A stretch of 64,000 nucleotides of DNA from an uncultured Actinomycetota bacterium (GTDB lineage: Bacteria; Actinomycetota; UBA4738; HRBIN12). The number at the start of each line of letters is the position of its first letter. Within the stretch, counting starts at the first letter, position 1. The stretch lies in contig CAVXJL010000003.1 of the NCBI GenBank assembly GCA_963762015.1, positions 1,478-65,477 on the forward strand, given 5' to 3'. Below the pieces are notes generated by a model that was given only the letters and a program-made list of their open reading frames with translations, was not told the DNA's origin and did no database searches. Made by a program: the position numbers and the translations under genes. Positions 9,103-19,332 of the stretch are shown in pieces.

Positions 9103-10272
9103 GTGACGGAACCGCGCTTCGACGTGGAGGCGCTCCGCCTCGAGCGGCTGGCGAGACTCCAGGCGGCGATGGGAGCGCACGGCGTCGATGTCTGCCTGCT
9201 CTTCCACGAGCCGAACATCCGGTACGCGACCGGTGCGAGCGCGATGCCCGTGTACGCGATGAGCACGTTCGTTCGCTGCGCCGTCGTGCCGCAGGAGGGA
9301 ACGCCGATCCTCTTCGAGCACGCCAACTCGATGCACCGCTCGGCGCTCCGTGCGCCCGACGTGCGCCCGATGCATGCGTGGGAGTTCTTCGACGACCCTC
9401 AGCGGGAGGCGGACACGTGGGCCGCGGAGACCCTGGCTGCGATGCGCGAGTTCGGCGGGGCCGGAGACGTCGTGGCGGCCGACCGGCTGGGCGTGCCCGC
9501 ACATCTGGCCCTCACCGGCCTCGGCGTGACGATCCGGGACGCGGCTCCGGTGACGCAGGAGGCTCGGAGGGTGAAGACGCCGCAGGAGATCGTCCTGCTC
9601 GACGTGAACGCCGCGATGGTGATGGAGATGCTCGAGGCGTTCGAGTCGGCGGTCGCGCCGGGGGTGAGCGAGCGGGAGCTGCTCGCCGTCCTCTCCGACG
9701 TGATGCTCCGAGGAGGTGGGGAATACCTGGCGACGAACACGGTCTGCGGCGGGCCGAACACGAACCCCTGGCGGGCGGAGGCCACCGACCGGCGGCTGGA
9801 GGCCGGCGACCTGGTCTTCGTGGACACCGACACGGTCGGCATCGAGGGGATGTTCTTCTGCGTCTCACGGACGTTCCCGGTGGGGGAGTCTCCCTCGCCG
9901 GAGCAGCGCGACACGTATCGCGCGTCGCACGAGTGGCTCCAGGCGATGGAGGCGTCGATCCGCCCCGGCATCACGTGCGGCGAGCTCGCCTCGATCGCAC
10001 CGCGGATCCCCGAGCGATACGCCGCGCAACGGTACGAGTGCATGGTCCACGGCATCGGCCTGGAGGAGGAGAACCCGAGCGTGTGCCACCCGCAGGATCG
10101 CCAGTCCAACGCCGACACCGTGATCGAGGAACACATGGCGCTCGTCGTGGAGCTCTACGCCGGCGAGGTCGGCGCCGGCCACGGCGTGAAGCTCGGCGAC
10201 CAGGTCGTGGTCACGCGGGACGGGGTACGCGTCCTCTGTCCGTTCCCGTTCTCCGCGCAACTCCTCGCTTGA
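9103..10272 (+). CDS. M24 family metallopeptidase (Xaa-Pro aminopeptidase / creatinase-like)
   Basis: 389-aa intact ORF with a creatinase-like N-domain (GVDVCLLFHEPNIRYATG) and pita-bread metal-ligand region (DLVFVDTD..MVHGIGLEEENP..ALVVELY). Confidence 0.85.
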   Translation: MTEPRFDVEALRLERLARLQAAMGAHGVDVCLLFHEPNIRYATGASAMPVYAMSTFVRCAVVPQEGTPILFEHANSMHRSALRAPDVRPMHAWEFFDDPQREADTWAAETLAAMREFGGAGDVVAADRLGVPAHLALTGLGVTIRDAAPVTQEARRVKTPQEIVLLDVNAAMVMEMLEAFESAVAPGVSERELLAVLSDVMLRGGGEYLATNTVCGGPNTNPWRAEATDRRLEAGDLVFVDTDTVGIEGMFFCVSRTFPVGESPSPEQRDTYRASHEWLQAMEASIRPGITCGELASIAPRIPERYAAQRYECMVHGIGLEEENPSVCHPQDRQSNADTVIEEHMALVVELYAGEVGAGHGVKLGDQVVVTRDGVRVLCPFPFSAQLLA

Positions 10273-10343
10273 CGCCGCGGCGACCACCATCCCTTCTTCC
10301 CCACGCCGAGCGACGCCGACGTCGGCTCGGGTACGGTGCAGCC

Positions 10344-11387
10344 ATGCCGTACGAGGCTGCCCAGGATCGATACGACCGCATGCCGTACCGCCCCTGTGGA
10401 CGGAGCGGGTTGCAGCTCCCGTCGATCTCGCTCGGCCTCTGGCAGAACTTCGGCGACGCGACGCCGCTGGACACGCAGCGAGCGATGCTCCGCACCGCCT
10501 TCGACCTCGGGATCACGCACTTCGACCTCGCCAACAACTACGGGCCGCCGTACGGGAGCGCCGAGGTCAACTTCGGCCGGTTGCTCCGAGAGGACTTCCA
10601 CGGGCATCGGGACGAGCTGGTCATCTCGACGAAAGCCGGCTGGGACATGTGGCCGGGGCCGTACGGGCAAGGCGGTGGCTCGCGGAAGTACCTGCTCGCG
10701 AGCCTCGATCAGAGCCTCGGCCGCACGGGCCTCGACTACGTCGACATCTTCTACTCGCACCGATTCGATCCCGACACGCCGCTCGAGGAGACGATGGGCG
10801 CGCTCGCGACCGCCGTGCAGCACGGCAAGGCGCTCTACGCCGGCATCTCGTCGTACTCGGCGAAGAAGACCCGGGAGGCATCGAGGATCCTGCGGCGGGC
10901 TCGACGTTCCCCTCCTGATCCATCAGCCCTCCTACAACATGCTCAACCGCTGGATCGAGGAGGAGCTGCTCGGCGTGCTCGGCGAGGAAGGGATCGGGTG
11001 CATCGTGTTCACGCCCCTGGCCCAGGGGGTCCTCACGGACAAGTACCTCTCGGGGATCCCCGATGACGCCCGCGTGCGACGACCAGGAGGCGACTCGATC
11101 GCGGCCTCGGATCTCAGCGAGGAGAACCTCGAGCGGGTGCGATCCTGAACGAGATCGCCAGGTCACGAGGCCAGAGCCTCGCGCAGATGGCGATCGCGTG
11201 GGTGCTGCGCGCTCCGCGCGTAACCTCCGCGTTGATCGGTGCGAGCCGGCCGGAGCAGATCCGCGAGAACGTCGCCGCGCTCGAGCGCCGGGACTTCACG
11301 GAGGAGGAGCTTTCCGAGATCGACCGGTTCGCGGTCGAGGGTGGCGTGGATCACTGGGCCCGCCCCTCGCACGACGAGCGACCGTGA
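10344..11387 (+). pseudogene. Aldo/keto reductase, L-glyceraldehyde-3-phosphate reductase (YghZ/Mgr)-like, two frame breaks
   Basis: Three collinear pieces:
- frame 0: MPYEAAQDRYDRMPYRPCGRSGLQLPSISLGLWQNFG..ISSYSAKKTREASRIL
- frame +1: GLDVPLLIHQPSYNMLNRWIEEELL..ENLERVR
- frame 0: ILNEIARSRGQSLAQMAIAWVL..EIDRF
There is an apparent 1-nt insertion at ~10888 (cgg-c-ggg) and a 1-nt deletion at ~11140. Total length is 1044 nt (348 codons). Confidence 0.85.
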
Positions 11388-11585
11388 TCGCTCGGTCGGG
11401 TGGGCTGCCGGTTATCGTGTGCACCTGCGAGGGAGGTGAGGGCCGTGCCACGCAGATGAGTGCGTGATCATCACGCGCCCGGTCGGGCGCGGACCAGACG
11501 TGCCACGGCCTCACCGATCCCGGTGCCTCACTGACGTCGCGACCTCGGTCGGCCGGCACCCGACGCCACGAGGAGGCGATCCCAG

Positions 11586-12692
11586 ATGTCGTTCGACGAG
11601 CAGCTCCAACCCGTCCTCGACGTTGCCGCCGAACACGCGATCTCCGTCGATCGGGACGGCCGATTCCCGGAGGAGGCGATCGACTCACTCCGCGACAGCG
11701 GGCTCCTCGGTCTCACGCTCCCCGAGGCGATCGGCGGGCTCGATGGCTCACCAGCAGACTTCCTCTCGGTGTCGCAGGCGCTGGCCTCCCGGTGCGCCTC
11801 GACGGCGATGATCTACCTCATGCACGTCTGCGCCGCGCAGGTCACCCTGGCCGCGACGCCGGATGCGGGATCCGCGGCGCTGCGCTCGATGGCCGACGGG
11901 ACGAACCTCTCCACCCTCGCGTTCAGCGAACGAGGATCCCGCAGCCATTTCTGGGCGCCGGTGAGCCAGCTGGCGGGAATCAGGTTGTCCGCGGAGAAGT
12001 CGTTCGTGACCGCGGCCGGACACGCCGACAGCTACGTGGTGTCGACGCGCCCCGGACGGGCGGACTCGCCCATCGAGTCGAGCCTCTACCTGGTGCCGAG
12101 CTCGGCGACCGGCATCGCGGTCGGCCCGGCGTGGGACGGGCTCGGCCTGCGAGGGAACGCGAGCGCCCCGATGACGTTCGACATCGACGTCGACGACTCG
12201 ATGCGCCTCGGCGAGGAGGGGAAGGGCCTCGATCTCATGCTCGGCGTGGTGCTGCCCTGGTTCCAGCTCGGACAGGGCGCGGTCTCGCTCGGCATCGCGG
12301 AGGCCGCGCAGTCGGCGGCCGTCGCGCACGTCACCGGAGCGAAGCTCGAGCATCTCGGCCAGTCGCTCGCCGACCTGCCGACGGTGCGGGCGCGCATCGG
12401 GCGTGCGCAGACGGAGATCGACACGGTCGCCGGATTCCTGGCCGACGTCGCTCGCCGGATGGGCGAAGGCGATCCGAACGTGCCGATCCTCTCGGCCAAG
12501 GCGTCGGCCAACGAGATGGCGATCCGGGTCACGTCGGAGGCGATGCAGGCGTGCGGTGGCGTGGCGATGAGCAAGAGTCTCCCGATCGAGCGCTCGCTCC
12601 GGGACGCGCGCGCCGGCGCGGTGATGTCGCCGACCACGGATGTCCTCTACGAGCTGACGGGCCGCGCGCTCGCCGGCATGCCGCTGCTGTGA
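11586..12692 (+). CDS. Acyl-CoA dehydrogenase-fold flavoprotein (probably monooxygenase/oxidase type)
   Basis: 368-aa intact ORF with an ACAD fold (FPEEAIDSLRDSGLLGLTLP..FSERGSRSHFW..SFVTAAGHADSYVV..). The usual C-terminal catalytic-base motif (Y-E-G-T) reads AVMSPTTDVLYE. Confidence 0.8.
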   Translation: MSFDEQLQPVLDVAAEHAISVDRDGRFPEEAIDSLRDSGLLGLTLPEAIGGLDGSPADFLSVSQALASRCASTAMIYLMHVCAAQVTLAATPDAGSAALRSMADGTNLSTLAFSERGSRSHFWAPVSQLAGIRLSAEKSFVTAAGHADSYVVSTRPGRADSPIESSLYLVPSSATGIAVGPAWDGLGLRGNASAPMTFDIDVDDSMRLGEEGKGLDLMLGVVLPWFQLGQGAVSLGIAEAAQSAAVAHVTGAKLEHLGQSLADLPTVRARIGRAQTEIDTVAGFLADVARRMGEGDPNVPILSAKASANEMAIRVTSEAMQACGGVAMSKSLPIERSLRDARAGAVMSPTTDVLYELTGRALAGMPLL

Positions 12693-12693
12693 G

Positions 12694-13521
12694 GTGCGTG
12701 AGATGACGACGGGATCGATACGGGTCGGCGCGGTCGCCTACGACGCGAAGGTCGTCCCGATCTGGGAGGCGATCCGCGAGTACTACCGAGGGGCACCGGT
12801 CGAGATGGACGTGATCTGGTTCTCGAATTACGAGGCGCAGGTCGACGCGCTCCTCGAGGGATGGATCGACGTCGCGTGGAACACGAACCTCGCGTACGTC
12901 CGCGTTCATCACGCGACCCAGGGGACCTGCCGCGTCCTCGCGATGCGCGACACGGACGTCGGGTTCCGCACGCTCCTGATCGGGCGCGCCGGCGAGCTGG
13001 CCGAGGCGAGCGATCTGCAGGGGCGGATCCTCGCGCTCGGCAGTGCCGACTCCGCGCAGGCCGCGATCATGCCCGTCCACTACCTCCGGCGCGAGGGTCT
13101 TCCACTCGGCGAGGATGTCGGACTCCTCCGTTTCGACTCCGACGTCGGTAAACACGGTGACACCGGGCGGAGCGAGCGAGAGGCGCTCGAAGCGGTCATC
13201 ACCGGGAAGGCCGACGCGGCGGCGGTCGGGGCGGCGTCCTGGGATGTCCTGGTCCGAGCGGGGGAGGTTCCTCCCGGCCGACTGGCGCCCTTCTGGACCT
13301 CGCCTCCGTTCAACCACTGCAACTTCACCGTGCTCGCGTCGCTCGACGCCGAGCAGGGCGATGCCTGGACCTCCCACCTGCTGGCGATGGACTGGGCCGA
13401 TCCGGAGCACCGGCGCATCCTCGAGCTCGAGGGCCTCCGCGAATGGGTGCTGCCCGAGCTCGAGGGCTACGGTGACGTCTTCGCGGCCGTCGACGAACAG
13501 GGGATCTCGGCGAGATGGTGA
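12694..13521 (+). CDS. PhnD/SsuA-like substrate-binding-fold protein without signal peptide
   Basis: 275-aa intact ORF starting 2 nt after the upstream stop. Type-2 periplasmic-binding-fold pattern (IRVGAVAYDAKV..WFSNYEAQVDALLEGWIDVAWNT..GRILALGSADSAQAAIMP..). No N-terminal signal or lipobox. Confidence 0.6.
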   Translation: MREMTTGSIRVGAVAYDAKVVPIWEAIREYYRGAPVEMDVIWFSNYEAQVDALLEGWIDVAWNTNLAYVRVHHATQGTCRVLAMRDTDVGFRTLLIGRAGELAEASDLQGRILALGSADSAQAAIMPVHYLRREGLPLGEDVGLLRFDSDVGKHGDTGRSEREALEAVITGKADAAAVGAASWDVLVRAGEVPPGRLAPFWTSPPFNHCNFTVLASLDAEQGDAWTSHLLAMDWADPEHRRILELEGLREWVLPELEGYGDVFAAVDEQGISARW

Positions 13522-14791
13522 CGCGCGAGCCCGATGAGGCACCGGCCGGCAGCTTCGACGGTGAGGACCTCGATCTCTCGTCGGGATTGATCTTCGCCCT
13601 CGACGTCTGCCTGTCCGATGTCGAGGTCGGGCAGGTGCTGGAGCTCACGAGCACGAACCCGGCGCTCGCCCACGAGCTTCCCGCCTGGTGTCGAGGAACC
13701 GGGCACGAGCTCGTCGGCGCCGAGCCCGACGGAAGCCGGACGCGCTATCCGGATCCGGCGCGGCGCGCACGGCTCGCTGATGTTCAAGGATCGGCCGGAC
13801 TGGGGCGTCTCGCCCGAGTTCCGTCACGACGGGTTCGACACGCGGGATTGGCTCGTCGGCAAGGTGGCGCGAGATCCCCGCCCGAGCCGACCCCACCACC
13901 GGGTTCTCTCCTCGCGGGGCCGGTGGTCGAGCCCGGCGCGCCGGCGTTCCCGTACACGGAGACCGATCGCGATCGGCTCTGGGCGCACAACGTCGCGTCG
14001 CTCTACGAACAGGCCACCGCCGCGCAATGGGACGCATCCGTGGACATCCGCTGGGGAGATCTGCGCCCGCTGCCGACGCACGTGGAGCGCGCGGTCTGCC
14101 AGATCATGACCCATCTCGCCGAGAACGAGTACGCGGCGCTCTACGTGCCCGCGCGTTTCCTCCCACGCATCCATCCGCACTTCACCGAGGTCGTCCTGTT
14201 CCTGTCCACGCAGGTCGTCGACGAGGCCCGGCACATCGAGGCGTTCACGAAGCGCGCGCTCGCCAACGGCGGCGGGCTCCAGTTCTCGACGGCGATGACC
14301 CAGACCTCCTTGAAGTCGCTGCTCGAGCAGGAGGACTTCACCCAGGCGTCATTCCTGCTTGTCGGTGCTCGGCGAGGGGACGTTCCTCGAGTACCTCGCG
14401 TTCGTCGAGCGGTACGCCCCGGACCCGGTCACGGCCGACATCGCCCGCCGGGCCCGTGTCGACGAGGCGCGCCACGTGGCGTTCGGCGTCGAGCACGCGC
14501 GGCACGCACTCGCGGCGGATCCGGACCGCGCCGGCGAGCTCCGAACGGCCGTGGAGCGGCGCGCCGAGTACCTCGCCGACGCCAGCGGGCAGAGCCCGCA
14601 TGTCGAGGAGGCTCTCGTGGTCCTCGCCGCCGGTGGCGTCACCTCGAGCAGGATCCGGGACGGGGTCCAGGCGGTCCGTGACCCTCCAGGAAACGATGCA
14701 TCGACGGCGTGTCACGCGTCTGACGCAGCTCGGCTTCCCTCCGGCCACCGCCGAGGAGATCTCGGAGATGCACACGCCGAACTTCATGTGA
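13515..14791 (+). pseudogene. TusA-like domain fused to ferritin-like diiron-carboxylate protein, about 4 frame breaks
   Basis: Pieces, in order:
- TusA-like N-domain, frame 0: LDLSSGLIFALDV..VLELTSTNPALAHELPAWCRGTGHELVG
- frame +1: IRRGAHGSLMFKDRPDWGVSPEFRHDGFDTRDWLVGKVARD
- frame 0: AFPYTETDRDRLWAHNVASLYEQATAAQWD..ENEYAALYVP..VVDEARHIEAF
- frame +1: VLGEGTFLEYLAFVERYAPD..RVDEARHVAFGVEHA
- frame +2: QETMHRRRVTRLTQLGF..HTPNFM*
Breaks are at ~13745, ~13885, ~14355 and ~14680. The start overlaps the upstream gene by 7 nt. Confidence 0.7.
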
Positions 14792-14803
14792 CGGCGGCAC
14801 GTC

Positions 14804-15577
14804 TCAGCGCGGCGCCGGTGGGACGAGACCTCGCGCGGCCCATGCCAGGGCCGTGAGCACGAACGGCGGTGATGGCAGCGTCTCTCGGCAGCGTTCGCGC
14901 AATTGGGCCGCCCGATCCGGATCCAGACCGGCGACGTAGCTGCCGGCCGGGCCGACGCCGAGCGTGTAGGGCTCCCACCAGTCATCGAAGGTCCGATGCT
15001 CGAGGCTGACGGAAAGGGTGTTCTCCTCGATCTCGTGCAGCCCGGCGGTTCCCAAGAGCTGCGCGAGGTGCCCCTCGCGAGCACCCGCGAACGTCGACTC
15101 GTCGTCGACGTCGGGGTCGAGCTCCCGCGCCGCATCCCAGAACACGCTCAGCGGCCCGCGGCCACCGGCGTGATCCCAGACGCACGCCGCCACGACGCCC
15201 CCGCCGCGTGTCACGCGCGCCATCTCGCGCAGTCCCGCGACGGGGGCTTCCATGAAGTGCACGACGAGTTGTGCGAGGGCGACGTCGAAGGTGTCGTCTC
15301 CGAACGGCAGCTCCTCGGCCGCCGCCCGCTCCACGGTGACCTCGGGATGACGTTGTCGGGCGGCCGACACGAAGGACTCCGATGGATCGACCGCCGACAC
15401 CGACGCGGCTCCCAGCCGCGCGACGAGCTCGGCGGTGAGGGCCCCGGGGCCGCACCCGACGTCGAGCGCGAGCTGCCCGCGGGCGATGCCTCCGAAGTCG
15501 GCGAACGAAGGGGCGAGGAGGGATGAGTACCGGCCCATGAAGCGGTCGTACGCGTCCGCGCCTCCGGTGAAGCTCAT
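14804..15577 (-). CDS. Class I SAM-dependent methyltransferase
   Basis: 257-aa intact ORF with motif I LDVGCGPGALT and the post-I/II pattern (VSAVDPS..FDVALAQLVVHFM..GGVVAACVWD). Confidence 0.85.
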   Translation of the reverse strand: MSFTGGADAYDRFMGRYSSLLAPSFADFGGIARGQLALDVGCGPGALTAELVARLGAASVSAVDPSESFVSAARQRHPEVTVERAAAEELPFGDDTFDVALAQLVVHFMEAPVAGLREMARVTRGGGVVAACVWDHAGGRGPLSVFWDAARELDPDVDDESTFAGAREGHLAQLLGTAGLHEIEENTLSVSLEHRTFDDWWEPYTLGVGPAGSYVAGLDPDRAAQLRERCRETLPSPPFVLTALAWAARGLVPPAPR

Positions 15578-15586
15578 GGAACGAAT

Positions 15587-18300
15587 CTACGAGCTGCTGG
15601 GAGACCTCGGTTGGGTCGTCGCGGAGGGTTCTGCGTGCGGCACCGTCGTCCGGATGGAGGGGCCTTCGGCGACGCCGCGAGGGGCGTGGCCGTTCGGAGG
15701 ATGGCCGTCGCGATCCTCGTCGAGGGCCCCGCCGCAGAACTCATCGACGATCCTCAGCAACCGCTCGACGTCGAAGGGTTTCGGGACGAAGTCGCGTGCG
15801 CCGGCTTCGAGCAGCCTGGCGTGCTGGCCCTCGGTGACATCGGCCGAGATCACGACGACGGGAAGATCCGCCGTCCTCGGATCGGCATGGAGGCGGCCGA
15901 GCATCTCGGCGCCGCCCATGTCGGGAAGGTTCAGGTCGAGGAAGATCAGGTCGGGCAGATGATCGCGCGCGAGGGTCACGCCGAGGCTGCCCTGCATCGC
16001 CGAGAGCAGCGTGATGTTGGGCCGGCGCTCCATGATCCGTTCCATCAGCTTGAGGTTGGCGAGGTTGTCCTCCACGTAGAGCACGGTTCGGGAGCCGGCG
16101 GCGGTCGATCCGACGAGGTCCGGCAGCCCGTCCGGGTGAGGGTCTGGGGAGAGCGGGGCCTCTGCGGCGGAGGCGAGCTCGACGGAGAACGTGCTGCCCT
16201 TGCCCGGCTCGCTCGACACCGAGATCGTTCCGCCCATGGCCTCCACGAGCGGTTTCGTGAGGGCGAGACCGAGACCTGTTCCCTGGATCCCGGTTCCCTC
16301 GATCCCGAGGCGCTCGAACGGAGCGAACAGCTGCTCGATGCGCTCCGGCGGGATCCCTCGGCCCGAGTCCGAGACGTCGATCCTGATCCGGCTGCCTTCG
16401 GCCGTCCGTTCGATCGATACCTGCACGGTCCCTTGCTCGCGGTTGTACTTGATGCCGTTCGAGAGCAGGTTCAGCATGACCTGCTTCAGTCGCTGGCGGT
16501 CGGCCACGACGTACATCGAACCGATATGGGTCCCGTCCATCGCGACGGTGACGCCCTCCTGGTAGGCCTGTGGCCCCAGGAGCGAGATGCACTCGTCGAT
16601 CACCAGCACCGCGTCGACCGGCTCGAGGGACAGGCGGAGCCTGCCCGCTTCGATCCGGGCGATGTCGAGCACCTCGTCGATCAACTCCAGGAGATGCGAG
16701 CCGGCCTTCAGGATCTCCCGGGTCGATTCCTCCTGCCGCGGGGCGAGTGGCTCCATCTCGAGCAGCTGGGCGAAGCCGAGGACGGAGTTCAGCGGCGTGC
16801 GGAGCTCGTGGCTCATCCGCGAGAGGAACTCGCTCTTCGCGCGATTCGCCCGATCGGCCGCCTCGTGCGCTGCCGTTCGCTCCAGGTCGAGTTGGCGGCG
16901 TTCGCTCACGTCCCGCGCGATCACCGACGCGCCCGTCACGGCTCCCACGGCGTCCTTGATCGGAGAGATCGTGAGCGACACGTCGATCGTCTTGCCGCTC
17001 TTCGTCCGTCGCTCCGTCTCGTAGTGATCGGTGCCCTCGCCACGAAGGATCTTCTCCACGATCTCGGGCACGTCGTCGTAGCCCGAGTGGGTCGAGCATC
17101 GAGATGGATCTGCCGATCGCATCGTCGGCTCCGATACCCGAAGACCTTCTCTGCCCCGCGGTTCCAGCTCGTGATGGTGCCATCCAGGGTCCTCGAGATG
17201 ATCGCGTCGTCCGAAGACTCGACGATCGCGGCGAGCGTGCGCTGGGAATCGAGCAGCTCGTTGCGCGCGATCGCGAGATCCGCGAGGCTGGCGAGCTCTC
17301 GCAACTCGGACAGCTCCTCGTCACCGAAGAACGGCGTCAACGGGCTCGTGTGGACGACGAGCCGGCCCTTCCGCAGGAGCACGGGGATGACGGATCCTTC
17401 GATCTCCTCCTCCCGCCGGCGATCGGATGTCGGATCCGTCGCTCGTCGAGCTCGTCGCCGTTCGCATCCACGCTCGCCACGATCGCTCCGTCCTCGTCCT
17501 CGAGCGTCGCCACGTGGGCTCCGAGGAGCATCCGAGCGTGCGGGAGCAGGATGCGCGCCACCTCCTGCGTCGTGGTCGCCTCCATCAGGGAATGCGCTGC
17601 CTCGCGGAGCTCGGCCTCCTCGCGCCTCCGCCAGAGCATCCGAAGCGTCCGGGGTGGGGCGAACCCGATCAGCATCAGGGGGGCTGCGGAGAGCACCAGG
17701 AGCTCGAAGATCACGTCCATGACGCCCTCGCCTTGCGAGAACTGACCGGCGAGCACGAGCGCGAGGGCGAGGCCGGTCGCACCGAGGGCCATCGTTCGCA
17801 TCCTCCGGCGGGCCACGGTGGGCTGTCCCTTCCCGGCTCGCCACAAGCGGATGGCGACCACGCCGGAGAGGAACACCCATTGGGTCAGGAGCGCGAGGAG
17901 GTACACGCTGAGCCAGCCGGGAACGGGAGCGTCGTCATCGCGGGAAGGAGGGGAGCAGGAACGCGAGGATGGCGATCGAAGCGGTGAGTACCGTTCCCGC
18001 GATCGTCACCCACGCGATGGGTCGGAGCAGGGAGGTCGTGAACCGGTAGAGGAAGTAGGGGAACAGGACGAGTGTCGCGATGAGCGCCCTGCCGGCCCAC
18101 TCGACCGCCGGGTCCGAGGAGTCCTCAGGGAGGACCAGCCCCGCGAGCACGACCGCGGCGAGCACACCGAACGTGGCGACGAGCCAGAGGCTCGATCGCC
18201 CCGGTCGCCGGCGCCACTGGATCAGGGCTGCGAGGAACAGGCCGCCGTAGACGAACGGCTGAAGCTGCTCGAGCGCATCTGCCAGCGTCGCCGATCCCAT
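15587..18300 (-). pseudogene. Hybrid sensor histidine kinase (membrane domain - GAF-like - PAS - HisKA - HATPase_c - REC), about 4 frame breaks
   Basis: Collinear pieces on the minus strand:
- ORF 17935..18300: TM region
- ORF 17337..17906 frame: TM region plus GAF-like domain
- ORF 16936..17880 frame: [48 protein letters not shown]
- a short piece in the frame of ORF 15741..17324: [14 protein letters not shown]
- ORF 15587..17122: [46 protein letters not shown]..
Breaks are at ~17940, ~17420, ~17128 and ~17097. Confidence 0.8.
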
Positions 18301-18483
18301 TCCTGGAGGCTCCTCGTGAGGGGTTTCCCCAGTCCTCGGCGTCCGGGAGGTTCACCTGTAGTACGGGCCATCCCCAGCCGGCAGGAGGCGGCCGTGCGGC
18401 CGTGGTCACCGTGACCCAACCTCTCCTTGCCATGCGTGATCGGGTCGTTCACGATCGACCGGGCGAGCCCGAAAGGAGCGGCG

Positions 18484-18858
18484 ATGTTCTGTCCCAGCTG
18501 CGGTCTCCAACAGCCGGATACCCATCGGTTCTGCGTGTCGTGTGGCTCCACCCTTCCGACCCAGCTGCTCCATCCCCGCCGACCCAAGGTGACGCAGCTG
18601 TTCGCGGGAGTTCCGACGCATCCCTCGGACCTTCCGGACTCGGTGCTTCGGGTCAGCAGGTACGCGGACGACGTCATCTTCGAAAGTGCCGAGGGCTCGT
18701 TGACCATCCCGGGCCGTCACGTGCGGTTCTCGATGTGGGTGACCGAACGTCCCGAGTGCGCGATCAGCCTCTCCGACGACGAAGCCAGCCGGCTCGCGCT
18801 CTTCCTCCAGGCGCCGATCGAGGCCGAGAGCGTGTATCTCGCGGGTACGTCCCCATAG
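18484..18858 (+). CDS. Zinc-ribbon domain protein (hypothetical)
   Basis: ATG 18484 follows AAGGAG. MFCPSCGLQQPDTHRFCVSCG is a CxxC..CxxC zinc ribbon. The 124-aa frame is intact. Confidence 0.55.
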   Translation: MFCPSCGLQQPDTHRFCVSCGSTLPTQLLHPRRPKVTQLFAGVPTHPSDLPDSVLRVSRYADDVIFESAEGSLTIPGRHVRFSMWVTERPECAISLSDDEASRLALFLQAPIEAESVYLAGTSP

Positions 18859-18912
18859 GCTTCCGCGGTGGTCGACTGGACGACGATCGCGTCGACCGTC
18901 CGGACCTCGCCG

Positions 18913-19241
18913 CTAGGGACGGTGACGGTTCCTGTCATCTCGGGGTGGTACTTGCAGTGCCAGCCGATCCCCTCGGTGAGGCTGAGCGTCACGGTCGTAC
19001 TCGCCTCCTCGACGTCCTCGCTCACGCGTCGCGTCCAGCGTGAAGCTGTGCTCGACTCGTCGGCGTCGTGACCTCGATGGACACTCCTGCCCGAGGGCAC
19101 CGTGACGGTGTTCGGGTCGAACGTGAAGTCGGCGAACGATGTCGGTCTGCCGATCCCTCCGCCGCCCCGGCGGTTCGTCATCCGAGCCGCTGGCTCTGCT
19201 CCGAGGCAACCGAGAACGGAGCGGCGCACAGGCGAACGCAT
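18913..19241 (-). pseudogene. Small cupredoxin-like lipoprotein, heavily frame-disrupted
   Basis: Lipobox-like N-terminus (RRSVLGC), then FADFTFDPNTVTVPSG. VSIEVT, VEHSFTLDAT and VSEDVEEASTTVTLSLTEGIGWHCKYHPEMTGTVTV then follow in three different frames within ~60 nt (about 19040..19100). The natural stop right after TVTV is in yet another frame, at 18913. Confidence 0.6.
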
Positions 19242-19332
19242 GTCGGTGCATGGTTCCTCCGCTCATGTCCAGCGGAGTACTACGGCCGGTATCGTGCGGG
19301 TTCGCCTCGCCATGACGTCTCGTCGCTCCCAG

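Noticed and set aside
15611-17722. 703-aa plus-strand ORF. The same applies to 7764..9326(-), 36938..38722(-), 38944..40161(-), 40524..42209(-), 45064..47043(-), 46812..48497(+), 59308..61356(-) and 54382..55716(-)
   Set aside because: All are antisense or out-of-frame overlaps of genes with strong family signatures. Their translations are Arg/Gly/Pro/Asp-rich and motif-free.
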